NCBI GenBank assembly: GCA_016176605.1
Contig: JACOWW010000003.1
Span: 30,138 to 94,137 of the forward strand
Source: Candidatus Saccharimonadota bacterium
Lineage (GTDB): Bacteria; Patescibacteriota; Saccharimonadia; Saccharimonadales; UBA10212
Direction: 5' to 3'
Length of the DNA stretch: 64,000 bases
Part shown: piece by piece, positions 1-8,027 of the stretch
Layout: each line of letters opens with the position of its first letter
Numbering within the stretch: the first letter of the stretch is position 1
The notes under the pieces: model-generated
The model's input: only the letters and a program-made list of their open reading frames with translations
Databases searched by the model: none
Told to the model about the DNA's origin: nothing
Program-made: the position numbers and the translations under genes

Positions 1-1
1 C

Positions 2-472
2 AAATCTGCGGATGCCTACCACGATACAGCGCCCAGCGAAGATGGCGCCATACGGGCAATTGACCAAGCCCTGGCTAATGCTGGCCTGACTGCTGAAGAA
101 ATCCACGATCTGTTAATTGAAGGACATTGGACCGGCACCGGGGGTGATATCAACGAATTCCGATCAATTATTCAGCGATTTAAAAAGGACCAATTGGCTG
201 GAATGTCAGCAGTAAAAGTTGATACCGGCCATACTTTCGGGGCCGCCGGAGTATTAGCGGCGATTGCTGGCATTCATTCCATGAATACAAATACCGTTCG
301 TGGCTTTAGAACGATGAGCGATCAAAACCGCCACGCTGAAACGTTCGGTTGGCCCATCTTTAACGGTGCCGGCGCGCGGAAGGTCCGTAACGTCGGCATA
401 GTAATGGTTAATGCGTTTGGGTTTGGCGGCAAAAACCGAGTTGTCTTACTTGGCCCGGCGCGAAAGATTTAG
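2..472 (+). CDS. beta-ketoacyl-ACP synthase-like protein, C-terminal part (5' end outside window)
   Basis: Frame 2 is open from the window edge. Translation ADAYHDTAPSEDG..GHWTGTGGD..VDTGHTFGAAG..NAFGFGGKN resembles the KAS I/II C-terminal half, including both His regions and the terminal FGFGG motif. Confidence 0.6.
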   Translation, partial: KSADAYHDTAPSEDGAIRAIDQALANAGLTAEEIHDLLIEGHWTGTGGDINEFRSIIQRFKKDQLAGMSAVKVDTGHTFGAAGVLAAIAGIHSMNTNTVRGFRTMSDQNRHAETFGWPIFNGAGARKVRNVGIVMVNAFGFGGKNRVVLLGPARKI

Positions 473-1590
473 GTCTGTTGGTACTCTTCGCAGAGGCGGG
501 CCAAATATCGGAGATTATGAGTGGTTGCCAAGCTGCCGGCGAGGGGGTCGCCTACTTTGTATAAATGTCTCAGAAAGGCCCGGCTGTAGCCTGTTTTACA
601 GGTATGGCAATCACATTTACTATCTATAGGACCTCGGTCGTTTGCGTATTTTAGATTATTGAGATTTAACCTTTTGTCCCCTGTTATCCAAACCTGGCCG
701 TGGCGGCCGTTACGGGTTGGCAGGACGCAGTCGAATATGTCTATGCCCCGCTCTATGGCGTAGCGCATATCAGCTGGTTCGCCGACGCCCATCAGATAAC
801 GAGCACGGGCTGGGTCGTAAAAAGGCGCTAAGAAGTTGAGCATGTCGTACATCTCTTTACGCGTTTCGCCCACTGCCAGTCCACCGATAGCTATTCCATC
901 AACTTCTTGTGACTGGACAAATTCCAGGCTTTTTTTACGCAAATTTTTGTCCAATCCGCCCTGCACAATCCCAAATAGCAACGGCTTATTTCTAAGGGTC
1001 GTACCCTTAACCCCTTTAAGGGTACGACCCTTAAAGGAGTTTTTGGTCAGTTTTTTAAATTCGGTGATGCAACGGACCAGCCAGCGATGGGTGCGCTCCA
1101 TCGCCTCCTTACTACGGGTACGACCCGTAGGTGAAAGGCCTGTTACATCGTCAAAGGCCATGATAATATCAGAGCCCAGATCAAACTGAATCTGCATTGA
1201 TTCTTCAGGGGTTATTAGCACTTCTCCGCCGCTGGCCAAGTTTTTGAAGTAGACTCCCTCCTCTGTTACCTTACGAGCTTTTGCCAGCGAAAATACCTGG
1301 AAGCCTCCAGAATCTGTCAAAATCGGCCCTTGCCAGCCGCTAAAGGTGTGCAGGCCGCCCAGTTTTTTGATCACTTTTTCGCCTGGCTGCAGGTGTAAAT
1401 GGTAGGCGTTAGCCAGCAGAACCTGAGTTCCACTGTCGATAATTTGCGAGGGTTGGAGCCCTTTTACCGACCCGCGGCTGGCGCAGGGCATAAAAAACGG
1501 CGTTTTGACTGGGCCGCGGCGAGTTTTGAGAATTCCACTGCGATTGCCGTTTTTATATCTTTTTAACTCCTTAAAGTGAGATTTGGACAT
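469..1590 (-). CDS. tgt: tRNA-guanine transglycosylase (queuine tRNA-ribosyltransferase)
   Basis: 373-aa ORF with Tgt hallmarks: LANAYHL, SGGFQVFS, MAFDD, FGIVQGG, GGLAVGE, YLMGVGEP, DCVLPTRNGRHG, zinc site CDCHTC. Confidence 0.9.
   Translation of the reverse strand: MSKSHFKELKRYKNGNRSGILKTRRGPVKTPFFMPCASRGSVKGLQPSQIIDSGTQVLLANAYHLHLQPGEKVIKKLGGLHTFSGWQGPILTDSGGFQVFSLAKARKVTEEGVYFKNLASGGEVLITPEESMQIQFDLGSDIIMAFDDVTGLSPTGRTRSKEAMERTHRWLVRCITEFKKLTKNSFKGRTLKGVKGTTLRNKPLLFGIVQGGLDKNLRKKSLEFVQSQEVDGIAIGGLAVGETRKEMYDMLNFLAPFYDPARARYLMGVGEPADMRYAIERGIDIFDCVLPTRNGRHGQVWITGDKRLNLNNLKYANDRGPIDSKCDCHTCKTGYSRAFLRHLYKVGDPLAGSLATTHNLRYLARLCEEYQQT
993..1040. repeat. Palindromic element embedded in frame in tgt (17-bp arms TAAGGGTCGTACCCTTA / TAAGGGTACGACCCTTA, 7-nt spacer, then AAGGAG)
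   Basis: Read directly from the sequence. The same element occurs at 48627-48667 inside ychF. A related hairpin CTACGGGTACGACCCGTAG lies at 1112-1130. Confidence 0.8.
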
Positions 1591-1717
1591 ATATACCTAT
1601 TTTAACAGAGAAAGAATTGCAAAAAACGGTTTAAAACCATAAGAATTACAGAGGTAGAGGCCATTGACACCAAAATGCTTATGTGTTAGTCTAATCGGGT
1701 TAATCGTGAGGTAGATT

Positions 1718-1843
1718 TTGAGTACCAAGAAACTTGGGCTGTCCGCGCTTGATGATTTCAAGCTCTTTTACGAAGAGATTATTATCATCAAACGGACTGG
1801 CAACCGCTTAAAGCGGGTTCGCCAACCAAGCGCAGTCAGCTAA
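1718..1843 (+). CDS. Candidate 41-aa small ORF (TTG start) or small RNA unit between a promoter-like site and a terminator
   Basis: GAGGT lies 6 nt before the TTG. The ORF encodes STKKLGLSALDDFKLFYEEIIIIKRTGNRLKRVRQPSAVS with no recognisable family. TTGACA at 1664-1669 lies upstream and a terminator lies downstream. Confidence 0.2.
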   Translation: MSTKKLGLSALDDFKLFYEEIIIIKRTGNRLKRVRQPSAVS

Positions 1844-1858
1844 GGAAGAGGGTGCGAG

Positions 1859-1890
1859 AAAACCGGTCGCCACGGCAACCGGTTTTTTTA
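1859..1890 (+). terminator. Rho-independent terminator
   Basis: AACCGGT stem, 10-nt loop, ACCGGTT stem, followed by a T7 run. Confidence 0.7.
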
Positions 1891-1950
1891 TACCCAGAAT
1901 TTTAAATCTATCCACTGGCTTTTTCTTCACCATTATGTCAATATCTAGTC

Positions 1951-2376
1951 ATGGTTTGTGTGTATTGTGGGGGTGAAACAAGCGTTACTAACAGCCGTAA
2001 GCAGAAGCGGAACAACCAGGTGTGGCGCAGGCGGCAATGTAAGGCCTGTCACGCTGTTTTTACCTCCCATGAGGTCCTAAACCTGTCTTCTGCCCTAATG
2101 GTGGTCTCCGGGGGCTCTACGAAGCCCTTTTTAAGCGATATGCTTTTTACTGAGGTATTGCTGGCTCTGCAGGACCGTAAAGACTGCTACATCGCCGCCC
2201 GTGAAGTAACCTCAACTGTTATTGGCAAATTACTAAAACCACCAGCCGAACCAGTGATTGAAGCAAAACAGATCAGCCAAACAGCGGCTAAGGTGTTAAA
2301 GCGCCTCGACCGGCGGGCCTGGTTACGATATTTAGCTGAACACCCCAGCCTTCAGCAAACAGGAATTAGAAAATAG
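1951..2376 (+). CDS. nrdR: Transcriptional repressor NrdR
   Basis: N-terminal zinc ribbon (CVYCGG...RRRQCKAC..FTSHE) followed by an ATP-cone-sized region; 141 aa. Confidence 0.75.
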   Translation: MVCVYCGGETSVTNSRKQKRNNQVWRRRQCKACHAVFTSHEVLNLSSALMVVSGGSTKPFLSDMLFTEVLLALQDRKDCYIAAREVTSTVIGKLLKPPAEPVIEAKQISQTAAKVLKRLDRRAWLRYLAEHPSLQQTGIRK

Positions 2377-2424
2377 AAATTAGCGAACCTCAGTTACTAC
2401 TTCCTAATTGCTAGTTCCTAGTTT

Positions 2425-4008
2425 CTATTTTTTGACTGCCTTCTCTGTTATGATCCAGCCCAAATACCAGCCAAACATCAGCCTAGTTTGCGAGTAAATG
2501 GCGGCAAACGAACTGTAAACAATAGTGGTCAGGGGTAAATAGACCCATTGCAATACCATCCAAACGGTGCGGCGGCGCTTGTAACGCTCTGGTTTGGGCG
2601 GCAGTGAACGCATACTAAGGAATAGCGAAATCAGGATGCCGGCCACCAATATACGCTGGATCCAACTGACAATATGCGGCAACTGATTAGCCAGATAGCT
2701 TTGGGGGTTGAGTATAAAAGGCGGCCAAGCCGCCACGGCCAATATAATTGGCGTGGTTGACCAACTGATATGACTTTCCAGCAGACGAGCAAATTTGGCA
2801 ATCAGGCGCGGTTTTGGAATACGGTTTTTCTTTAGGAAACCGTTATAAAAGACGTAGGCGATGTCGGTACAACCCCAGGCCCAGCGGCGGACTTGGATAA
2901 ACTGCATCTTGAGGGTTTTTTTATAGCTATCTGTTAAAACCGCATCTTGATAGATGGGTAGGTAAATTGGATAGACCTCGTGCTGGCCGTCAAAACGGAA
3001 AAAAGTCCGCCAGTACTGGTGGCCGTCCTCGACAATAGTGCGTACGCTCCAAAAATCGGTCTTAATCAGCGCCGACATGGGCTGGGCGTGAGCCGAGAAG
3101 TTGCGCAGCATATGCGGCCGCAGTGTCAGCATGACGGTCCAAAACGAATTGGCTGTGGCTACTACCCGCATTGGCGCCGGGGCATCCCAAATGTTATTGG
3201 TGTACATAGTTATGGGCTGATAGGAGGCATATAGCGGCTTTTCGGTGGAGCAATAAGTGTAGGTCAAAGCGCCCAGATAGTTTTTATCCGGGCGGTTATC
3301 GCAGTCAAGTGTTGTAACTAAAACTCTACTCGGCCGAATTTTTCTTTCCTCCAAAAACACTTTTAGACGGCGTGCGGCAAACGTTACATTCCCGCCCTTG
3401 CCTATTACTTCTCCGGTCATTGGCCAAGGGTGCATCACGGCTTCAGCGTGATAGAAGTTTTTACCGTACTTATTAACCATTGACTGCACGAAATCTCTGA
3501 CTGCCGCGCCGCCGCGTTCTTCGTAAGCAATTATCAAGATGACTTTTTTGAGGTCATAGTGGTTTTTGGCGACTGCCGCGATGGTTGATTCTAAAACATC
3601 AAGCTCATTCCAAATAGCGACAATTACGGCGTGGTAAACTTCGCTGGGTGTGATGCGCGTGTGCAGCAGCCGGTTCCTAACCCGCTCAATGTTGCGGTGA
3701 TGCCACTGGGGGGCATGGGGCAGACTAACTTCAAGTGCTTCCAAATCCTCATTCAATTTCTGCCATGGTTGGCTTTTATAGTGACTCATGCGGTTCCACC
3801 CCTGTATGGAGCGAGCGGCGATAGCTAGGGCCCGTACGAACCAAACAAGCAGGAAAGTAATAACAAAGTAAGCGGCCGCCTTGGGATTAATTAGGCTAAG
3901 AATAATAGGTAGTGCCAGAATGGTCCAAGTCAATGCCCCGGGCAGAATTTCCAGTGTCCGGTAGCGCCAGTCGCGCTCGCCGGGCTGAGGAATTTCTATC
4001 GGTTTCAC
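2425..4008 (-). CDS. Membrane-embedded family-2 glycosyltransferase (processive beta-glycan synthase-like)
   Basis: Multi-TM 527-aa ORF with a TLDCDN (DxD) motif and a QVRRW (QxxRW) motif. Confidence 0.75.
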   Translation of the reverse strand: MKPIEIPQPGERDWRYRTLEILPGALTWTILALPIILSLINPKAAAYFVITFLLVWFVRALAIAARSIQGWNRMSHYKSQPWQKLNEDLEALEVSLPHAPQWHHRNIERVRNRLLHTRITPSEVYHAVIVAIWNELDVLESTIAAVAKNHYDLKKVILIIAYEERGGAAVRDFVQSMVNKYGKNFYHAEAVMHPWPMTGEVIGKGGNVTFAARRLKVFLEERKIRPSRVLVTTLDCDNRPDKNYLGALTYTYCSTEKPLYASYQPITMYTNNIWDAPAPMRVVATANSFWTVMLTLRPHMLRNFSAHAQPMSALIKTDFWSVRTIVEDGHQYWRTFFRFDGQHEVYPIYLPIYQDAVLTDSYKKTLKMQFIQVRRWAWGCTDIAYVFYNGFLKKNRIPKPRLIAKFARLLESHISWSTTPIILAVAAWPPFILNPQSYLANQLPHIVSWIQRILVAGILISLFLSMRSLPPKPERYKRRRTVWMVLQWVYLPLTTIVYSSFAAIYSQTRLMFGWYLGWIITEKAVKK

Positions 4009-4108
4009 CTATAAACCCCATGTTCACAGTTTTCGGTTTTCGGTTTTCTATGCGTTTTCAGTGATCTGTTTTCTGTTCTCAATGATAAATTGTAAACAGT
4101 AAACGCAC

Positions 4109-4138
4109 GGTGAATGGTGAATGGTGAACGGTGAATGG
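4109..4138. repeat. 7-nt tandem array (GGTGAAT)x4
   Basis: ggtgaatggtgaatggtgaacggtgaatgg, preceded by tgtaaacagtaaacg. (TTTTCGG)x2.7 lies at 4030-4048 in the same spacer. Confidence 0.9.
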
Positions 4139-4141
4139 ATC

Positions 4142-4498
4142 TCATTGTAATGAGATAAGGGAGTTAGCGACAATAGTCGATAAAATCAGTAAAAAGACGC
4201 TGCTTGCCAGAATAAATATAGACAGATAGCGCTTAAGGTTGTAGACGCGGGCGCTTAAGATCACCGCGCCGACAGCAGTGATAGCCATGAAAATGGCCAT
4301 GGAATAAATATCGATCGGTTTGCCGCTTTGATAGCTGGCCCCGGAAATATTCGGGCGATAAGCCACGATAGTGGTGGGGTTTTTAGAGATATCAAAACGC
4401 AGCAGTACTAACGATACACCGATGACTAATAGAACCGCTAAAAGCGTGATTAGTAGAAGGACTGCGCGATCACGTAAAAATTTCTTGGGAAGATCCAT
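4142..4498 (-). CDS. Small integral membrane protein (3 predicted TM segments), unknown function
   Basis: 118-aa hydrophobic ORF directly upstream of, and co-oriented with, the GT2 gene. Confidence 0.5.
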   Translation of the reverse strand: MDLPKKFLRDRAVLLLITLLAVLLVIGVSLVLLRFDISKNPTTIVAYRPNISGASYQSGKPIDIYSMAIFMAITAVGAVILSARVYNLKRYLSIFILASSVFLLILSTIVANSLISLQ

Positions 4499-4573
4499 CC
4501 CGTTAGAAGTCCAATTCTATGCCATAGAATTGGCAGATTTTATTTTTGATAAAATACTTACTTCTAACAGGAT
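4497..4573 (-). repeat. Start-abutting inverted-repeat cassette (ATCCCGTTAGAAGT ... ACTTCTAACAGGAT)
   Basis: Arms at 4497-4510 and 4560-4573. The proximal arm overlaps the ATG of the 4142-4498 gene. The interior holds the perfect hairpin ccaattctatg-g-catagaattgg. Confidence 0.75.
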
Positions 4574-4690
4574 CCATACAAATTTAGTGCCTAAATTTTT
4601 AGTCGATAGTTATTAGTCATTAGTCGTCAGCATTTATTTTACACTTTTTCTGAAAGCATGGTTCACCATGAGTGAGCGGGGCGAGTTGAA

Positions 4691-4764
4691 TGGTGCGGGA
4701 TACGAGAATCTAACTCGTACCTCTTGCTTGGGAAGCAAGTGTACTGACACTATACTAATCCCGC
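4691..4764 (-). tRNA. tRNA-Gly (anticodon CCC)
   Basis: Manual cloverleaf: acceptor GCGGGAT/ATCCCGC, anticodon stem CTTGC/GCAAG with loop TTCCCAA, T stem ACGAG/CTCGT, encoded CCA. Confidence 0.85.
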
Positions 4765-4893
4765 CTGGTCTAAATCAATTTTGTGAAAACACTCTAGTAG
4801 CAGGTTTTTGCAAAATTGAGAGGAGCGCTCGTAGCGCTAGGCCGAAGCTTTTGCCGCTTAGGCTAAACAAGGCTAGCGCGTAAGTTGCGACGA

Positions 4894-4969
4894 TGGAGCC
4901 GGAGATGGGACTCGAACCCACGACTTGCTCGTTACGAGTGAGCTACTCTACCAGCTGAGTTACTCCGGC
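4894..4969 (-). tRNA. tRNA-Thr (anticodon CGT)
   Basis: Manual cloverleaf: acceptor GCCGGAG/CTCCGGC, D arm ACTC..GAGT, anticodon loop CTCGTAA, T arm GTGGG-TTCGAGT-CCCAT, encoded CCA. Confidence 0.8.
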
Positions 4970-5117
4970 ATTTATCCCACACCTTTTCAAGGCGTTTCGT
5001 AATCTGATTGCAGACTACTCCACCCTAAAAAGGTAAGGGATTCCGCGCGCACTTTAAACTTTTTACAGATGAGCACTTCACAGATTGAGTATAACAAAGT
5101 AAGATGATTGCCAGTGA

Positions 5118-5225
5118 ATCCCGTTAGAACCTCACCCTTGGCTTATGATATTTTTAAAACGCTGGCTGCTCGAAACAGCTCCAACGCAATGCGAACTTTA
5201 GAATTGCAGGCTGAGGTCTAAGGGG
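5118..5225 (+). repeat. Start-abutting inverted-repeat cassette (ATCCCGTTAGAACCTCA ... TGAGGTCTAAGGGG)
   Basis: Arms at 5118-5134 and 5212-5225. The proximal arm ends at the G of the pyrH GTG start. Confidence 0.7.
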
Positions 5226-5914
5226 TGGAATTTAAACGAGTACTTTTGAAGTTGTCGGGGGAGCAGTTTGCCGGTGGGCAAAGTTTTGGTATTAGTTCAG
5301 ACTTCATTAACGAGCTGGCAAAAGACATAAAAGCCATAGCCGATCTAGGTGTACAGGTTGCAGTGGTTGTCGGCGGTGGTAATTTTATGCGCGGCGCGGA
5401 TATATCGAAAAACGGAGTAGAACGGGCCACCGGCGACTATATGGGGATGCTGGCAACAGTTTTAAACGGTATGGCGTTGGTGGATACACTGGAAGCTAGC
5501 GGCCAGCCGGCTCGCCTGCAAACTCGATTGCGCGTGGATAGTGTCGCCGAACCCTACATCCGTCGGCGGGCTATTCGCCATATGGAAAAGGGACGGATTG
5601 TAATTATCGCCGGCGGTACTGGCAATCCTTATGTCACAACCGACACCGCGGCAGTCACCGCGGCGCTGGAGCTGGACTGCGACGTGGTTCTAAAAGCTAC
5701 CAAGGTGGACGGCGTCTATGATAAAGATCCTACCAAGCATAAAGAAGCTAAAAAACATACTTCTTTGTCTCATGCCGAGGCACTGCAAAACCCCCATATA
5801 GCTGTTATGGATAACGCCGCGATATCTCTGGCCATGGATCATAAATTACCAATAATAGTTTTTAAATTATCGAAAGAAAATCTTAAAAAAGTTAGGGGCT
5901 GCGCAGAGATTTGA
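5225..5914 (+). CDS. pyrH: UMP kinase
   Basis: VLLKLSGE, VVVGGGNFMRG, GTGNPYVTTDTAA and ATKVDGVYDKDP motifs. GTG start. Confidence 0.9.
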   Translation: MEFKRVLLKLSGEQFAGGQSFGISSDFINELAKDIKAIADLGVQVAVVVGGGNFMRGADISKNGVERATGDYMGMLATVLNGMALVDTLEASGQPARLQTRLRVDSVAEPYIRRRAIRHMEKGRIVIIAGGTGNPYVTTDTAAVTAALELDCDVVLKATKVDGVYDKDPTKHKEAKKHTSLSHAEALQNPHIAVMDNAAISLAMDHKLPIIVFKLSKENLKKVRGCAEI

Positions 5915-6065
5915 TGACTTCTTTAATACCTAGTACCGACAAAACTCTAAAGAAATCCGTCTCATCCTGCCACAGCGTTTCTGCTGCTTTCCTTAATTTT
6001 TCGTTCATTTTTGTTTCCCTTTCTATTTTTTGATCGTAAGACGGGCGAGGTCAAAAATAGATCGT

Positions 6066-6344
6066 CTATACGGTAAGTTCATTCAGACCGGTAAAGCCTA
6101 AACGTCTTAACCTTTTTTCGGCCTTCTTGGTTAAATCGCGATCTATTGCAAGTTCGCCGTATTTGCCGCGAGGCGTGTTTTCTATACCGCCGTCATCAAC
6201 GCTGTGACCAGTTTTAATTAGGGTCCTGTAGGCAACATCTAACTCTGGTCTATCAAATCCTGGTCTAGTAAGTCCAATATGGGGGCCGTCGCCACGAACG
6301 TGATCATCCCAGACATCCCGAGATAAATCAAAATTTGTGCTCAT
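6066..6344 (-). CDS. Hypothetical protein (92 aa)
   Basis: ORF only. A possible 38-aa ORF follows on the same strand (6008 down to 5892, AAGGGA SD). Confidence 0.35.
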   Translation of the reverse strand: MSTNFDLSRDVWDDHVRGDGPHIGLTRPGFDRPELDVAYRTLIKTGHSVDDGGIENTPRGKYGELAIDRDLTKKAEKRLRRLGFTGLNELTV

Positions 6345-6479
6345 ATAAATTCCTCTTTATTTAATACTTATAAATCGATAATGCTCCCGCTTTCTTGTAT
6401 TGTCAAGTGCCTGAGTATTCCGTTTTCACCCCAGTTTTGCTAAACTACATCTGTTCTAGACACTGCCAAAGCAGGACGC

Positions 6480-6557
6480 GGGGCGGTAGAACAGCCTGGA
6501 GTGTTCGTCTCCCTGTCACGGAGAAGGTCGCGGGTTCAAATCCCGTCCGCCCCGCCA
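6480..6557 (+). tRNA. tRNA-Asp (anticodon GTC)
   Basis: Acceptor GGGGCGG/CCGCCCC, anticodon stem TCTCC/GGAGA with loop CTGTCAC, T arm GCGGG-TTCAAAT-CCCGT, discriminator G, encoded CCA. Confidence 0.9.
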
Positions 6558-6561
6558 CATA

Positions 6562-6590
6562 TTGACTTTTTATGTAGTCTGTGCTAATAT
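6562..6590 (+). promoter_or_regulatory. Sigma70-like promoter driving a probably leaderless mRNA
   Basis: TTGACT (6562-6567), 17-nt spacer, TAATAT (6585-6590). The ATG at 6598 is only 7 nt downstream and there is no SD. Confidence 0.6.
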
Positions 6591-6597
6591 AAACAAC

Positions 6598-7110
6598 ATG
6601 AGCAGTCCTCAAGAACTTACCTCGCCTTCTTCATCTGAATACGATAGACTACTTTCAGGTAGTCAAGAACGTCTTGCTAGTTCTATGGCTTCCATACAAA
6701 GAATACTAGAGGAGTATGGATTAAAAGAAGTAAATGAACGTCAAAGACTAGGACACGGCGTAGAGATTGAACCTCTTAAAACTGATGAAATGAACGGTAT
6801 TAGGGTAACTGCTGAGCATTATGAGGGTATAGTTGGCACGGATGAAACCTCATGGGTGCGTATAACTTTACCCGAGGATGGAGAACCTTTATTTGAGAAA
6901 GCTTATGAAATCTCAGCACTCGATAAACCCCAGTGGAAAACTGTAGGAGTAATGGACCCAAGGCTTAGAAAAGACTATGACGCCTACAATCAAGGACTAA
7001 TTGCTGATGACATCTTAATAAGCCTAAAACGTATCTATGAGCCTGAACCTGCCAAACCAATACCATCTAGAATTAGAAAGGTAGCTGCTAGGCTAATTGA
7101 TAGAGGCTAA
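6598..7110 (+). CDS. Hypothetical protein (170 aa from the ATG)
   Basis: ORF track 6562-7110. The TTG at 6562 lies within the promoter, 5 nt after the tRNA end, so the ATG at 6598 is preferred. Confidence 0.5.
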   Translation: MSSPQELTSPSSSEYDRLLSGSQERLASSMASIQRILEEYGLKEVNERQRLGHGVEIEPLKTDEMNGIRVTAEHYEGIVGTDETSWVRITLPEDGEPLFEKAYEISALDKPQWKTVGVMDPRLRKDYDAYNQGLIADDILISLKRIYEPEPAKPIPSRIRKVAARLIDRG

Positions 7111-7216
7111 GCCTCTTATCGCAAAATAGTTCTAGACCCGTATGTCCCACCACGTTTTTTGCCTATTGTTTTTTGCTTATTACTCTTTTGTTTATTGTTC
7201 TTTGTTCTCCGCTTTT

Positions 7217-7250
7217 TGTTCTTTGTTCAGAATTTGACGTAGGTTTTGAC
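7217..7250. repeat. 34-bp direct repeat, copy A (duplicate of the PPIase gene 3' end)
   Basis: 32/34 identical to 8028-8061. The reverse strand still reads VKTYVKF-stop and both differences are synonymous. Confidence 0.85.
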
Positions 7251-7327
7251 CAGCTAAGAGAAGTTAACCCGTCCAAAAATTAAGTTAAACATTTGACAAG
7301 AAGTGTCCATTAAGTTAAACTTAAGCT

Positions 7328-7612
7328 ATGGATATAATCACTACCAGAGAATTAAGAGAAAACATGGCGGCCGTTATCCGCGACTTAAAAAGAGGTAAAG
7401 CAGTCCAGCTAAGTTACCGCCATAGAGTCATTGGCACGCTACAACCTTCGCCGCCGGCCCCGATGCCCCTCCGACAAGGTTCGCCTGAAGCAGTACGAAA
7501 TTTCCTGGAGACGGCTGATTTTGGCCCGATTCCTTCAAAATTACGGACTGACCACCGAAGCTTTAAGCAGCAAGTTGCTGAGTTGCGTAAACAAGATCTT
7601 CAATCGAAGTGA
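7328..7612 (+). CDS. Phd/YefM-type antitoxin
   Basis: N-terminus MDIITTRELRENMAAVIRDLKRGKAVQLSYRHRVIG. 4-nt overlap with the downstream PIN gene. TTAAGTTAAAC direct repeats (7280-7290, 7310-7320) flank TTGACA at 7293. Confidence 0.65.
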   Translation: MDIITTRELRENMAAVIRDLKRGKAVQLSYRHRVIGTLQPSPPAPMPLRQGSPEAVRNFLETADFGPIPSKLRTDHRSFKQQVAELRKQDLQSK

Positions 7613-7983
7613 TTTGTCTGGACGCCAACGTACTAATAGAAATTGTCCTTGGGCGTAAAAATGCCGAAGTTTGTCAGGCGTATTTAGACTCGGCGCGAGA
7701 AGATTTAGCCATAACCCTGCTGAGTTTGGATCTGGCAATGTATTACGCTGAAGCTCACAAGCTGGCCTTTCAACCCATTGAACAGTTTATGCGGCTGTTT
7801 ATCTGGTTACCAATGATTGACGCCGACGCTCAGTGGGCCTTTGAACACTTTGCCGGTAAAGATTACGAAGACGCATTGCAGGTTGCAGCTGCATCCCGCG
7901 AAGGCTGCAGTCGGTTTGTGACTTTAGATCGTAATTTAGCCAAGAAATATCCAAAGAATATTGCGATAGACCTGCTGGCGTAA
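7609..7983 (+). CDS. vapC: PIN-domain toxin (VapC-like)
   Basis: MICLDANVLIEI... N-terminus and TLDRNL near the C-terminus; 124 aa; coupled to the upstream antitoxin. Confidence 0.75.
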   Translation: MICLDANVLIEIVLGRKNAEVCQAYLDSAREDLAITLLSLDLAMYYAEAHKLAFQPIEQFMRLFIWLPMIDADAQWAFEHFAGKDYEDALQVAAASREGCSRFVTLDRNLAKKYPKNIAIDLLA

Positions 7984-8027
7984 TCTGGCATTATACGGGT
8001 CTATTCTTGAAATACTTTTTTTCCTAG

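Noticed and set aside
4668-4883. 71-aa plus-strand ORF
   Set aside because: It is almost entirely antisense to tRNA-Gly (4691-4764) and ends just before tRNA-Thr. It has no SD and no coding-like composition.
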